A DNA stretch of 64,000 nucleotides from Nageia nagi (lineage: Eukaryota > Plantae > Pinophyta): the NCBI GenBank assembly GCA_050084985.1, contig JBITNC010000002.1, positions 29,078,001 to 29,142,000 of the forward strand, in the 5' to 3' direction. The stretch's first letter is position 1. Every line of letters starts with the position of its first letter. This document shows, one piece after another, positions 39,101 to 54,100 of this stretch. Both the position numbers and the translations under genes were made by a program. Below the pieces are notes generated by a model. It did no database searches, had not been told where the DNA came from, and saw only the letters and a list, made by a program, of their open reading frames with translations.

Positions 39101-42100
39101 GAAAGTAGTATCTGGTTCTCTATTGACCTATTGATTCGCCCATTCATTTGGTTTTGTAGCAGGTACCTCTTGTAGTTTTTAGATTAGCCAGTTGTTAGTG
39201 AAGAAAAGAAGTAATCATATCATTAAGAAAGGTTGTCAGCAGTGGTGTTCATGTCATCTATTTATATATGTTTATATGTGATTTGGCAGATATCTATAAT
39301 TCCTAACCTTTGTTCTTTGATTAAGTTGAAGGGTTTGATTTTGAGGATCCACAACCTTCACATTTCATCCAAAGGATAACTGAACTTGACTTCTAATAAA
39401 ATCAATGTACTTCAAATTACGGCCACAGATGTCCAGGAGGAAAAAACAAAATTTGAAATAATTCATGGCTGTTTTAGCAACGAGTACATTCTTCAAACTT
39501 TCCATACTCTATAAAAACATCCTTACTGCAAAGGAAAACAGCAAGGTTTCAAGAAAGCCCAAGACAAAACCGGACTCCCTCACACAGACAGAAACAGCAA
39601 GGTTTCAAGAAAGCCCAAGACAAAACTGGACTCCCTCACACAGACAAAAAATCCGACCAATATTTTGAATTTGGCCTTCATTAAATCTCTGCAAATATTT
39701 AACATAAAAATTGATTTCAGTAATGTCACTTTGTGATATTCATTATACATTTTGAGTGTTATGTTGATTGAGAAGGATCTAGGGCCAACTGTTTTTTATC
39801 CCGGTTGCTTAGGATGATTGAGTTAAAAGAAACACTACGGAACCACTTCTAGACATGCTGTTGGATCTGTTAAATAACAGATGCGCTGCCTGTTGTACTG
39901 ATGGATGTTTTGTTTGCTGTGTATTCGAGAATGTGAGCTGTCAACAATTTCTTTGCAATTTGTCATTTCTTTCCAGTGAAATTAGATGTCAGAGGACGCA
40001 TGTTGGCCTTCGAGGAAAGTTGGAAACTCAATAGAGGTTTAGATCACAATTTTACACAAGAATTATACTTCTTTCGTAGAACCATACTCATGTATGAAGC
40101 ACAAATCATGAAGAATCTGGCAACCAGCCTTACACATTCTATACATTTCTCTACAAAGACTGTTTGTTGGCACAACTGACAGATATATTGATGCAACTTT
40201 TCTCCATAGAGAACACTTGCAGAGGGCTTCCCTTTTCACCAGAGATACCTTTTAATTTCATATCTTGTTTTGGAGATTACTGACAGCTTCACATCTCTCC
40301 ACAGAGATTATGCTACTATTTCTTTCAGGGTTATACGGGAACACATTCCCCCCTGGAGGAGGTGTTCCTCTGTTCCCAGGAACATTGGAACGCTGTGGGG
40401 AAATCTCAGAACTGTTTCCCCTGGCTTTGGATGGCCAGCCAATTAAAAAAAATAGAACTTACTCTAAAGTTAGGTGCAAAATAGATTGGGGGTGAGACCA
40501 CCAATGTCTTCAGTCCCGCCAAATCCTAAAATGACTTATATATCCATTCCAAAACAAAAATAAAAATCTGAAAATTCTAGGAATTTTTATTAGTATTATA
40601 TTTGTTGTTCCTGAGGAGTTCCTCAAAAATGATCTCCCTTGTTCCCTGTTCCTGGGAATGAGTTCCCCCATTCCCGTGGCCTTGTGGAATCTTGATGTCT
40701 CTTTAAATGATTTCAGTTATTAGCTATTTTACTCTTTCACCATGTAAGTAAAGTATATGATTATGCATAGTTACTTTGTCCTATCTTGTGTAGTTTTAAC
40801 TTTTTTTTTAGTATTCTCATGGATTCTTGTCTAATATAACACATCGCAGTTTGGAGTTAATTTTGTGATTCTATCTCTTGTTTATTTTTTTACCCCTTTT
40901 TCAAATTTGTAAGGTACATCTTACGATTTAATGAGTTTATTCATTCATATTACGTTGTTCATGTTCTTTGGATTTGCATCCACACGGTTCTTCTTATATG
41001 TACCTTGCTGTATGTAACAACCATATGCCATCTCTATGTTATGAGTTCAATCCTTTTTCGTTTAGTGTTTCATTAATATCCCACAAACTGGAAAATTTGC
41101 ATCGAGATCTGTAAGTGGAACACAGTATTATTTTGTTAACTGTGCTTGTAAGGAATTAATGGTATGTTCATTGGTTGAAACTGTTGTAGCTAACATATTG
41201 AAAAATGCTCCTTCAATTTTATGGGATTCAATATCCTTCAAAACCAAAGTTCAAACAAAAGTACCATGTTCAAGCATTTTTCTTCTGATAGATTCATAAT
41301 ATATCCAGGCATAGGCAGTTTGTTTTGCTTGTTTGGTCATAGTTAATTGATTTTCTTTGATCAACTTCTTAAACACTTTATAATAATGTTTCACGACAGT
41401 ATTTAAAAATGCTTGTACATAATTTTAATATTCATACCAAGGTTGGAAAACTCAGACTCAAGAATTACCTGGCCATGAAAAAATTTGGAGAGTACTCGAC
41501 AAAAACTCGGCACCAAAACTCAGCAAAAAAAACATGAACATTTTATGAAACAAAATACAAAAACATACTTAAATATGGAATTAGAGACCTGTAATGATCA
41601 TTGATTGTTTGTGACCATTAATGATCATCAAAAATAGTGAATACAATAACGTATATAGTCATAAACTCATAGCTCAAAAGTAAAGTAGTTCTAAAGTTCT
41701 AAAATTCTAAATAGTAAAGTCTAAAGACTACTAGTGCTGGAATAAAAACTGAGTGTAGACTCTAAGAGTCTAACTCTAAAGTTCTAAACTACTAGTGCTG
41801 CAATCAGTGCAATGGCCTCTTTCCCCTTGTACCGATCCTCTTATTTATCCTTGGTTCGCTCCTTACAACATGTGGTGGCGAAGGATGTGGCACTGGCACA
41901 TCCTCATCCCCAATAGAATGCTCAGCGTCAGGTTTGTACTCATCCTCGTCCTCATCCTCATACTCATCCTTATCCTTGGGCTTTATATAAACTGCAGTTG
42001 TTGTACTAAATGTACCTTCACTTGCTCTAGATGTACCTTCACCTGCTCTATATGCACCTTCATCTGCTTCTTCCTTTTCAAGTCGCTCGATGTCCTCCTC

Positions 42101-45100
42101 AGTGAAGATGGGTTCCACATCTTCAGCAACCCAATTTACTAGTAAATCCATAGAATCAAGGTCAATGGCATCATAGCAATCTGTGCCCTCCACTTGTTTG
42201 ACATGAAGATGAAGATTGTATTGGATGAACACAAGGTCATTTAGGCGTTGTTGGTTCAACCTGTTGCACCTTTTTGTGTGAACGCTCTCAAACATGGACC
42301 AATTGTGCTCACATCCAAAAGCGCTACAAGGTTGACTCAAATTCCTCACTGCCATCCTTTGAAGATTCGGACACCGAGCACCATTATCTTCCCACTAACA
42401 ATATGTGAAACAGAAATTACAATTTCAAAAACTCAATCTAGCTTTTATAAAATACTAATAGTAAATTCTAAATTTTAAAATTGTAAAAAGACAACACATT
42501 TATAATTTTATTGATTTTATATTATTACCTAGTCGCAAGGTGTTCCTTGGCATTTTACAAATAACTGAAGAAAGAACCCTCCCTTTGGCCTTCTTGTAGG
42601 CCTGCATCTCCTTTGGAACAAGAGCCCTAAGGTTATCATGAGGGATCATCCTCTCAATGCAAGTATAGAGACCATCCATAACCTCATTATCAGCCTCAAA
42701 ACTATCAACATAGAAAAACTTGGTGTTCAAGTAGTACCCTGCTGCATTTAGAGGTCGATGGAGATGATGGGTCCATCTCTTATCAATGATACTCTCAAGG
42801 GCATCCAATCTATTTTTGTTTTTTTTATACATACGTTGGATAGCCCCATTTGCCCTATCCATGGCATCATATGGATAGCAAATTGGCATCAAATCACCAT
42901 CTACAAGACGAAGAACTTTGACCCAAGGTTGTATGACCTAGAAATCATTAAAAAAAAACAAATTTAGATTTAAATAAAGAAAAATACAAACTACAAACTA
43001 AAAATTGAGAAGTAAAAAAAAACATAAAACAAAGAATTTATATTACCTTTAAGGCCTTGTCAACGCCCTTCCAAAACAAGTAATCAAACACTATCATTTG
43101 GACTTTCTCCCCATCATCACTATGACGAAAAGAAGTCTCCCTCCATTTATCACTAATAAGCATCATCTTGAGAGGAGCTTCTGCTTCAAAGAGGCTTTAT
43201 AATGCAAGAAAATTGAAAGCAAATCTAGTGATACCTGGACGAATGATCTCCTTGCCATCCGTGTGCTCATTCATCAAACCAAGGTTCCATAGTGAGTTGG
43301 GAGCAGTGGAGCGCACGGAGCGCGGGAAGGAAGTTTGGAGCGGCGGAGGGTCATTTTTAGGGAGTGGCTTCAATTCCGCAAGCGGAGTGGTTAGTAGAAA
43401 ATCCTTAGGATTTTTAAATTTTTTCATGTTCATTGTCTCTAATTCATTTTAAATATCAAATATGAATTTAAATTACAAAACATAATGATAATATCATAAT
43501 ATTAATCAAGTATGAATATGAAAGGTAAAATGACAAATCAGAACAAGCCATAATGTCATTAAATTACAAACGAGTTTGAATCAGTGTAGTACATAATGTC
43601 ATAATATCAAAACGAGTCATAATGTCATAGTAGCAAAATGCCAAAGGCCCAAAATAGCAAAACCATAACTATCAAGTATCCAACTATGTTTTTTATTTTA
43701 AGTTTTGACCTTTTTTTTTAAAAATGGCGGCGTTTTGGAACGGCATCCCCTACTCCCGAGCCGCTCTTGCGGCCCGCTCCGGATTCGCAGGAGTGGTTGG
43801 AGCGCCTCCGGGAAATCTCGGAGCCCGCTCCAGTGGAATCTTGCATCAACCTAAGCATCCAAGTGTGGTTGTAGATGAATTTGGTAATTATTTTTGCTTT
43901 CTCAACCACATTTTTAATCCATAAGAGCTTGTCATTGTTTTTTAACATAAGGTCAATCACATGGGCTCCAAAATAAGGTTTTATACTTCCTCGCAAGCAT
44001 TTTACTTGTAGGAACATATGTTGAAGCGTTGCCCGTCACAAGTTGGACAACATTTTCCACATCCACTTCCAACACTACTTCCTCAAGCGATTTGAAAATC
44101 AGCGATGCAAGATGCATCAATCGACTTCAAGAAGACCATTGATGCACTTGATGCCACCATGAAGTTGAGTAGTGTACGGTTCTTCGTATCTATCCATCCA
44201 TTTGACATAATAATGCATCCATGCTTACGCCAATTCTTTCTTTGCTCATCTACTATGGCACGTGTGGTAAGTACTGCATCCTCAAGCAAAGGACCATTGA
44301 AATCTTTTGTGGTAGGGGCCTTCATCTCTCTTCCAACATTTATGAATGCATTCACCATGGCTGCCTAATAAAAACTACTTGCAACATTAAAAGGATTGTT
44401 GCAATAGTACCAAAAATTTGGAGCTGCTCTTCGGGCTGCTTGGATTTTATGTTTTCCCCATGATGTAGTGTCAAGGGAAGGTTGTGTCTTTGTAGGAGGA
44501 ACAAAGAAACTTTCCATGGTTTTATGCCTCATAAAACTTGGAATTTTTGAATTTTTATTTGACTATGAACATGGATTTTGGTCAAAGAAAGTCTTTTGCT
44601 TTTCTACCTTCTTTTGTGAGGCTGTAGCAAGTAAAGCTTGCATCTCACGTATAACCTTGGGAGGTGCAGCAGTACAAAGTGCTACATCATTACCTGGTAG
44701 GCTTGCAAGATGGTATTTTAATCTATTGATACCAACCCTATAAGGTCTTTTGCAAAAATTGCAAATCACTTTGTTTGCGATATTACCCTTTGTGCCATAC
44801 TTCCAAGCAATATTTGTCCCTGGTGCTTGATGAGGAGGTGCATCATCTTCAGTTTTCATCTGGAAAGTGAAAAAAAGTATAATTCCTATTAAAAACCTAT
44901 AAAACCTTAACCCTAATTTAAAAAACAAATCACAAAATATTTCAAAAATAAGAATACCCTTTTGAAGTATAGGCCTTAAAACTAACAAAGGAAAAAAAAT
45001 TTCCATGGTCAAATTAAAAAAAAAACCAAAAACCCTACCTTTCCAAGTGCATGGTGAGAATTAAAAAACTCACAGTTGGATCACAAACTCCTGAGAAATC

Positions 45101-48100
45101 TGTGGCGAAATGCTTGAAATCCACTGTGAAGCACTTCAGATTGATGCTGAACCCTTGAACCCTTCACAAACTGACCTGGAGAGCAAAAACAATAAGCAAA
45201 ATGGAGAAAAAGACAAAATTGGGAATGAAATAGGTGGATTAGATTCTTAGAGGGGCTGATTGTCTTGAAAATCACGGAATTGGGCTCTGTTTTACCGGTA
45301 GCTAGGTACTTACTGAGAACTTGCGAGTTTTCTGACCGGTTACTTGCATGAAACCCGCGCTTACTTGGCACTCCCGAGTTTTCTTCTGCTCGTACTTGCT
45401 GCGCTGCCAACTCGCATTAACCTGCGTTTTCTCACCAATTACCCGTGAGTTTTCAATCACTGGTTCATACCTTTATTAATTTTCCGATATGCTATTTTTC
45501 AATTGATATCATTAAAGTTTGAAAAATTTTAAACAAAATTTTCGTAATAATATTTCTTTTTCTAAAAATAGCTCCATACTTTTTAGTATTATTTATTTTT
45601 TCCAATTTTCCTTGTCAGCTGGCTTGTGATGAAGTGGGTCAGAAGCCTAGTGAACTTTGGTATTCTTTACAGTAGAGAGCTACACCTTAATATGTGTGTA
45701 AAGTCACGTTTGAATATAAATTAAGGATATATGGAGTCTAGATGTGATGATATGTAGGGAATATTTACTAGAGAGAAAGAAAGAAAGAATATTAATGTCT
45801 TCAGATGACCAAAAACGGTCAATGGGACTAAAAAGTACAATCATGCTCTTGAAGCCAGCAAAGCCCATACCGGGCAACTTTTAAAGAAACATAAAGCATA
45901 AAGAGGTGGTATCATAATAATTGCAAATTCATGTACCACACTTAAGTTATGGTTTCATGAAGGCCTTTCTTTGTGCAAGCCCCTATTGGGTTCTGATTAT
46001 GATAAACGTGGATTGTGTTTCAGCCCACTTGTTGCTGAAGTTCTTTATGTTGAATTTCTTGGCACCACACTCTAAATTGCTCTTCACTGAATGGGCTGGG
46101 CTGCACACGTATATCTAGTGCATGGAGATCATTGTGACTAGCTATTTTTGCAATGTAATATTTACTCTATCTATCCTCTTATTCATTGTTTCGTACAAAT
46201 ATCATATCTTTACCTTCCCTTCATTAAAGTCTTTTCAAAATGACCAATGGAAATCTCTCTCCTTGACCTCTTTATAGTTCTGGGATATGTTAGCTTTGTG
46301 AAAAACATGGCCTACTCATAAGTCTAATTGTTAGACCAAGAGGCCAAAGAACCTTAGATTCAATATGGATTCCTGTTTTGACATCAACAGGATCAGGAGC
46401 TTCTTTAGATTCAATATAGAAGTGTATTTTCTGATCTAAATGAGCTGGAGTTTGATGTTCTTCTACCTGTTTTTTGAGATTATGCAGGTAGCAAGTAGCC
46501 TTTGGTAATATTTTCCAAGTTGCCTTTTAATGTTCAAAGCAGCGTTTTGATCTCTAAAAATATGAACCATAATGCATTGACTGATAACAAGTGCAATTTT
46601 GCCTGCATGAATTGTCTGACACATGCCTTCTTATTGAAGTTGGGATGCAAAGGCACAGTGGATCAATACAGGAGACAATTGTATGTCAATTAAACAGGAT
46701 AAGGGCTATAGTGTTTCACAACCAGACAAATTGTATTGTTGGCTGCCTCTAGTCTTTGTGTTATTTTCACACTGATTATATTTTTGGCCACATTAATTTG
46801 AAGAGTTTATTAAATTAAAATTCTTTAAAAAGTATTTTTAAAATTCTGGAATAACACTTTCTGGTTTCTCCCTTATTTTCTTCTTAGTTGCTAGATACAT
46901 TTTATTGCTGAACTTAAAGCACATATTATAGAATGACATAATCATATGTATACACATCTGAGCTCTTTCTTTTATATTGTTACCTCTTTGCTTATTCGAA
47001 ACGAAATGTTTCAAGTGTACAGGTCCTGTCAAGGAGCGCAGTTGGCGAAACTTGTCTTCTGATAAAAGGTCTTCTTTACAAAACACCCATGGACTTCAAT
47101 CCTTAAGTATTTCTAAGGGGGCTTCAGCAAATTTTCCAGATGGGAAGACCTTGGTATGTATCAGCTTGGTTTATTTTTCTTTTCTGCATTTAAAGTGATT
47201 CAGTGTCTGGTCATTTATACCCATGATTATAATCTATGATTCAGGGGTGGTGTAAATTGTATCAATTATGGATAAATTGGTTTTTGGCCATCGGCCTTTG
47301 CTATTGCTTACCTTGTGAAATGTGTTATGGTTGTGAGTCTAATCTTTGAGTATTTATATTGAATTTTCTGTTGCCGGATTTTGCTTGCATTTTTATCTCT
47401 GTTAAATATAGAGAACCAAATTAAAGATGTAATTGCCAGTCGCGTGCTTTATGTTTCCAAACTCAACAAGATCATCAAGATTGATGGTTGATCACATTGT
47501 TGTCATTTTGGTATTCTTTGAAATGTATTTTGTTTGCTTCTTTTTTATTGCGAGCACAAACCAATACAAGAATAGTTGTACCCGTCATAGTAGCAAACAT
47601 AAACCCTCACCACGAGCTAAAAAATATAAAGAAAATACTAGGTAGGAGTATTGTGGGAAAAATTCTTGGAAATGGTAATTACTTTGGAATATAACTATGA
47701 AACTCATTCTTGTTGAGACGAATGATTAACACGCTACTACTGCTTTCCTTCTTAAATTCAGTGTGATTATGCATTTGAGGACATGCAGGAACCTACATCT
47801 CTAAGAAAATCTAGGATAAGAAGAAAAAATGCAAGTGGAGATGTGACAGATGGTAGCAAGGCAGGAGCCAATCATCTGGAAGGTCTTCTATGTTAAACAT
47901 TTTATTTCTATTATGCTTCTTGTTATTGTTTTTCTCATTGTTACATTATTGTGAAGGTTTCCAACATGTTATTTGCAGATGGCACTGTTGAGGGCCTTTG
48001 CGAAATGATGGATGAGTATTTTGAAAAAACAGAAATACCAGGAGAAGGTGAAGGTGAAGGGGAGGGTCAATGGTTGCCTCTTTCAGATATAAAAATTCTC

Positions 48101-51100
48101 TCAACAGAAGTAATGGTTGCACATTCAAAGAATACTCTTCATCAGGTTCCAATTGAAAGTATTGCAAGACTTCTAAATTTACTTGATCGGCACATACAGC
48201 ATGCTTGTGACATAACCGTTGATGAAGAAGATGATGTGAGTGTGCTCGTTTCTTTCACTTCATTGAGAACATGGTTTACTGTGGAATATTGTTTCTGAGC
48301 CCTGCTAAAAATTTGTCATAAATGTTTTTGGAGAGTGTGCTTGCTTCTAGAATGTCCTTATTGTGCTGTTCAGGTGATCGCAAATGTGTAAACATTGATG
48401 TCTACTGTTCTTTGTGGTATAGCTTTGAATACATTGAGAAGAACATGCGAGTTGGAGGTGGTTATTTTTGCTGACGTTATTGTCAGATCTTGTGTGTTTG
48501 CTTACATGCTACCTAACTAGAAACAATATTTGTCATAAATGTTTTTGGAGAGTGTGCTTGCTTTTAGAATGTCCTTATTGTGCTGTTCAAGTTATCGCAA
48601 ATGTGTAAACATTGATGTCTACTGTTCTTTGTGTTATAGCTTTGACTACATTGAGAAGAACATGCGACTTGGAGAAGGTTATTTTTGCTACCGTTATTGT
48701 CGGATCTTGTGTGTTTGGTTACATGCTACCTAACTAGAAACAATATTTTCTATTTCTCCCCATAACAAAGTGCAAACTATATCTAGTTTCTCTCCAGAAT
48801 TTATATAATTTGCATGGTGTGTTTCCTGAAGTAGAAAGTGATGCGAGTCTTATAGTTTTCTATGTTGTTCCTATTCCAGTTTCAAATTTGTTTGCATGAT
48901 GTTTTATTAAAAAACTTGTAAAATAATGAGTGTTGTAGTATAAATTTAATATCACTCTTTCATTAAATATTGGCAATGGGCATCAAGTATGTTAATGGCT
49001 ACATGTTCTAATAAACTAACAGTTTTTTAAGAATGCATTTGAATCTAAGGTAGTACTATTAGCTACTAGCTACATCAAATTATTTAATGTATCTTACTTT
49101 AATGTCGTTTTCCTTTCTTGTTTCCCTCTTTCTTATTCAAATCATACTTGTCTTAGTTTTAATGAAGCTTGCATTATATATTTTTTCTTAATTTATGTAT
49201 AGTATTCCATGAGTTTTTGTCTTTCTTTTTGGATCATCTTTTATGTTCTGTTAGCTCTGTTTTGGAGCCACACTGATGTAATTATGTGCCGTTAATAATC
49301 AGGATCTGCATTCTACACTGTAGGAGTTGATAGACAGAGGTGCATGATGCAACTTTTTTGACAAGTTTAGATTGTTCCTTCAGTTTCTGAGGAGCAGTCT
49401 ATTTGTATTGTCCTTCAAAAACTTTGATAAATCCAAGAAGCCAGCCAACTCTTACATCTCCATCATATATTTTCTGTTTTCTTTAAAATTTCTTATAACA
49501 AAGTAAAATGTCTTTGTATTTTATCATTGTGGATGTACGTATTAAGTTTTTGGGTGGGCTGCTATCCTGGTTTCAAATTGGTAACTTTTTGACACAACTA
49601 CCAAACTGCATTGCCAAGGTTGTCGTTTTAATGGCCTATTTTACAACTCTTTAGCGAAAAACTCAGGGCCAATCCCTAACTTCTGCCAAAGCCCCACAGC
49701 TCTATCTTATCACTCATACGTTTTCTCTTTCCTTACAGTTTTATAGTACCATTGGTTTCAAGTAGATTATCAAGAAGGAACATATCAAGTTCACCATCAA
49801 CAAGTCTTCATCTCTTTTATCCATTTCACAGCAGTTGACTGTGCACAGAGTTGAATTAAAGATTATTGGAAGTGGTAGGCAATACAATAAGACAATTCCT
49901 TTATCTCTGAATGAATCCTTAATTATTTTGTATGCGTGGAACCTTCTGGTTTAAATGGTAATCACCAGATGAAGGTAATCTAATTTCTTTCTCAGAAGTA
50001 ATTTGTATTAGCATTCCTTATATTTTTTGACATTATCTAGAGAAAACATTGTGCATGTAACCTTAACTATACATATAAAATCATCTTACAATGAAATTTC
50101 TGTTTTTTATCGTTTGCTGTCAACACATAAGTCTCAATGTATGATTACGTTGGAGTAGAAATAATACATATTGAAAAGTGAAGCAATCATCTTATATATT
50201 ATATATTAATTAAATCATAGAAAAAATGCATTGATGTATTGCTCATTGTTTATCGGTGGATTGATAATTACCTAGACAAATGCTTGAAGTCAAAATGTCG
50301 TAACTTCTTTATCCATCTTTTTTTTACGGGTAAAGAAACTTGAGAAAGAACTCTTTCTAAGAGATCTGTTGTTTCATTAGTAATCTCAAATATCAACTAG
50401 TTTATCTAAATTAAATTTTGTGTGTGGCATGCCATGAATGGAGGGATCAAAGTAAACCATATGTATTCAAATAAAGCACATAGTATTATTGCCATATTAT
50501 GCCAATGCTGCAAATGTTTTACAGTGGATATGCATTAGATTCAATTTCCATCACAGATATCAATGCAATAGAATTTGGCCATGTTAGGTTGGACAGTTTT
50601 GGTGCTTCATTGTCTCACTTGTAAGTTGCTCGTGGCATATGGTTGGATATCCATCTGTAACTTTAGGCTCCAAAACTTTATTTATATATATCCTCTTTTT
50701 GAGGCTTACGACTAGATATATTGGAGTCATACTGCCATATATGTGAAGACAATGACTAACAATTCAAGATATTTGATGTTACATGAAATTTTATGGTTGC
50801 AAACATATGATATTGAATACATCACATGAAAGCAGTTGCACCAATGCTGTGACCAGCCTTCATAGGACAGAGTAAACAAATTCGGTTCTTTGGTTGCTTA
50901 ATCAGTGATTTGTGACAGAGAAAACCAAACATACTTTGTTGGAATTTCCTCAGATTGGTTATGTAGGCAAAGTTGTGTTTGATCATCAACAAAGCTTTTG
51001 AGGTGCCTTCAGTTACGTTGTCAAATTTAAGAAAAAACCTGTTTAATGATTGCACTAAAGAAGGCCAGAGAAAACTCTGATGTGCATTGCAAGGACTCTA

Positions 51101-54100
51101 GCAATATGAATAGTATGTTAGTAAGAAAATCTTGAAGCCAACAATAACTGTCATCACAACAACTCATCTGCCACCTTTGGCAGGATAGAAGCAAAAATTG
51201 AATAAGAAGATACAAGGTAAGTATAGTGAATGGTGTGACTTTCTCACGTCTGCTAAACACAAAAGCTGGGAATGATGTAGTAGATGGGCACTTTCGATGT
51301 TGCACTAGATAGAGACCTTGTTGTATCCACAAATTCCACTTCCAGTGTCAAACAAAGGTAATGGTATTCTTGACATTTACAGCAGACACTTTTGATGTTG
51401 CACTAGATAGAAACCTTGGTGTAGCCACAAATTCCATTTCCAGAGTCAAACAAAGGTAATGCTATTCATGACACCAACACCAACAAGATATATATAAAAA
51501 TCATATGAAGTGCAGAAAATGAATAGAAGGAAAAGTAACAATCTTGAATCAGGGGAAAAGGAATAAGTGTTTACCGAGCCAAGAAAAAACTTAGATCTGA
51601 AAATAATTTGACAAAGGATGATCAAGGGTTTATGTTACTATGTGTGGCAAGTATTCTGTGGCTTTGTTTGTCAGGTATTGTTTCTAGTTTTTAGTTAAGA
51701 TAATATTTATCCAGGTGATGGCTCTTATTATTAATATTTGTGGGTGTGTTCTGTGCGAATTCCTGTAGTGGGGTGAGGCGAAAGATATGCAGAATTGTTC
51801 TGTTTCTGGTCTAACTCCTAATTTTCAGACGTGGGTTAAATTTTAAATGAACATTACTGCAGTTCTTATTTTGGCCTTTTTTTATCTCAATTTGGAAGAT
51901 GACTGAGTGTTATTACATCTACACCTTGCTGCCAACAACAGTCTAAAAGATTGACATATACATGAAGACTTTCTTACTATCATTTTCCTTATCTAAATAC
52001 AAAGTATTGAATACACACAAGTTTCTTATCCAGTTTATAAGGATGCCTTTGGCATGGTTGCATAAGCATTCAACCTTAGAAAAGTCTTAGGATGGCTGGA
52101 TGTGTTTGGGGATGGGAGCATTATGATGAGTGTTTTAATGCCTTAGGATTGAATTGCTTGTCTAAGTTGTCTTAGTTTCATAAGGAAGTGATATCTAGCT
52201 GGAATGCCAAATTGTTGGCTGTCCTGCAACATTAGCAATATCACTATGCTTTTGTTGATGATAGCACGTATCTTTGCATATCAATTCACATCTGTAGGAT
52301 GCTATGGAATTTATGGTGAGATTAATTCAGTGCATGCATGTAGAATCAGTTTTGCATATATGCAGGGTTTTAATCAAGGTTCCATGGTGAGTTGGGAGCG
52401 GTGGAGCGTCCGGAGCGTGCATTGGAATTCGGGATTGGTGGAGGTCATTTTTAGGGAGCGGCTCAGATTCGGCAAGTGAAGTGACTAGTAAAAAATCCCA
52501 GGATTTTTAGATTTTTTCTTGTTCATTGTTTCTAGTTCATTATTACTATCAAATATAAATCAAGTATGAATCCGAAAGGCAGAAATGAGAAGTAAAAATG
52601 AGCAATAATGTCATTAAGTAATAATTTTGAATCACTGCTCTCTTCCTTGCTGCAGTGTTTTTTCTTCTTTATTGCTTTTTTCTTGAGGCTGAACATAAAA
52701 AATAAGAATGGAGACTAAGTTTGAGAGGTTTATAGTGTACTTTTAGGGTTTGGGTTTGTTGCTATGTTTTTTCTTCTTCACTACTTTTTTCTTGGGGCTA
52801 CATATAAAAAATGAGAATGAAGACTAAGTTTGAGAGGTTTATAGTGTGGTTTTAGGGTTTTAGGGGGGGTGGGGACATGAATGGGACCCATCCCCATGCT
52901 TTATTTTTTGCCTGTATTTTTTAAAAAATGTTGCAAATTTTTTTATGCTGACCGGAGCAGCATGTTGCTCCGGGCGGCGCTCTAGACAGCACCATTGGGT
53001 TTCTGACCGCTTTGGCGAATCTAGAGTGACGAGGCACTCCAGATTTGCTATGGCGGCCAGAGTGCGCTTCAATGTAGCTTTGGTTTGAATAAGTGTGGGA
53101 AGTTGTAAAGGAAGCAAATAGGGGTTCTACAAGCTACATGCCATTGGGGAATGAACCGCTTTATAAATGTGCTGTTCTTAGCAATTTTCCCATAGGATAA
53201 TGGAATAGGGGTGGATTATTGAAAATTACAAAATCCAGTACCAAATTAGAAGCTAGTGAGACAGATCAGCATTGCTTTTGCAGTATAGGTAAAAAACCCA
53301 CCTTTTTTGAAAAAGGAAATTTAAATTGTTTGTATATGCAAAATTGGAATTAGAGATTCAACAAAAATGTGATTGGGGTACCATGGATTGCATGTACAAG
53401 TTGAATATACAATCTTGAACATGAGTGGGCTCTATAAAGCTATAGGAACTAATTTGAACAATAAATAAACAATTTCATGTAAAAGATAATGTTTCTGTCT
53501 ATATGTATTGAAAGAAGACATGATATTGTGCTTAAAAATAAGATTTACGCTAATACCACCTTCTCTTACCCGTAACCTAATATCCATGGGTATCATTATA
53601 GCTCTTTTGGGATGCTAGATATGTATTGTTGTACCTAGTTGACCGGGTCCATCAACACTTGTTCTATAAATCAATGATATGATGATGAATATAACTATAT
53701 GTATAGTAGATTATGCATCTTAGCTCACGAGCCCAACTTTCTTGCCTTGAGATGTTGTGATCTTGTTAATGCACTCCATTATTCTCATAGAGCCTTATGG
53801 CAAGCTCTTTTCCTCACGTTAAGCAATTCCCCTACCATTGATTGTCAATCATGAACATTTATGATATTTAATTTCATTTCTACCTTGAAAAGGTGAACAT
53901 CATTTTTTCTTTTGATTCCCCACTCCCTTATTATGAAATTTTAGGGAGTTATTGTTGCTTGTTTAGAGACTTACTTAGGTCAGTGGCTTCCTTTTGCTAC
54001 CGAGTCAAAGATCACTGTTTCAACTTTGCTACCCTCAAGAGGTGAAGAGTGAGTATCATTTTGTCTTTAGATACCCCACCCATTATGAAAATTGAGGGAC

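Noticed and set aside
40326-40684. MITE-like segment rich in TTCCCC/GGGAA motifs
   Set aside because: The termini are only loosely inverted and I found no matching TSD, so it is not listed as a feature.
45619-45659. Exon-like segment with AG/GT borders in intron 2
   Set aside because: In-frame stop and a length that is not a multiple of 3; nothing supports its use.
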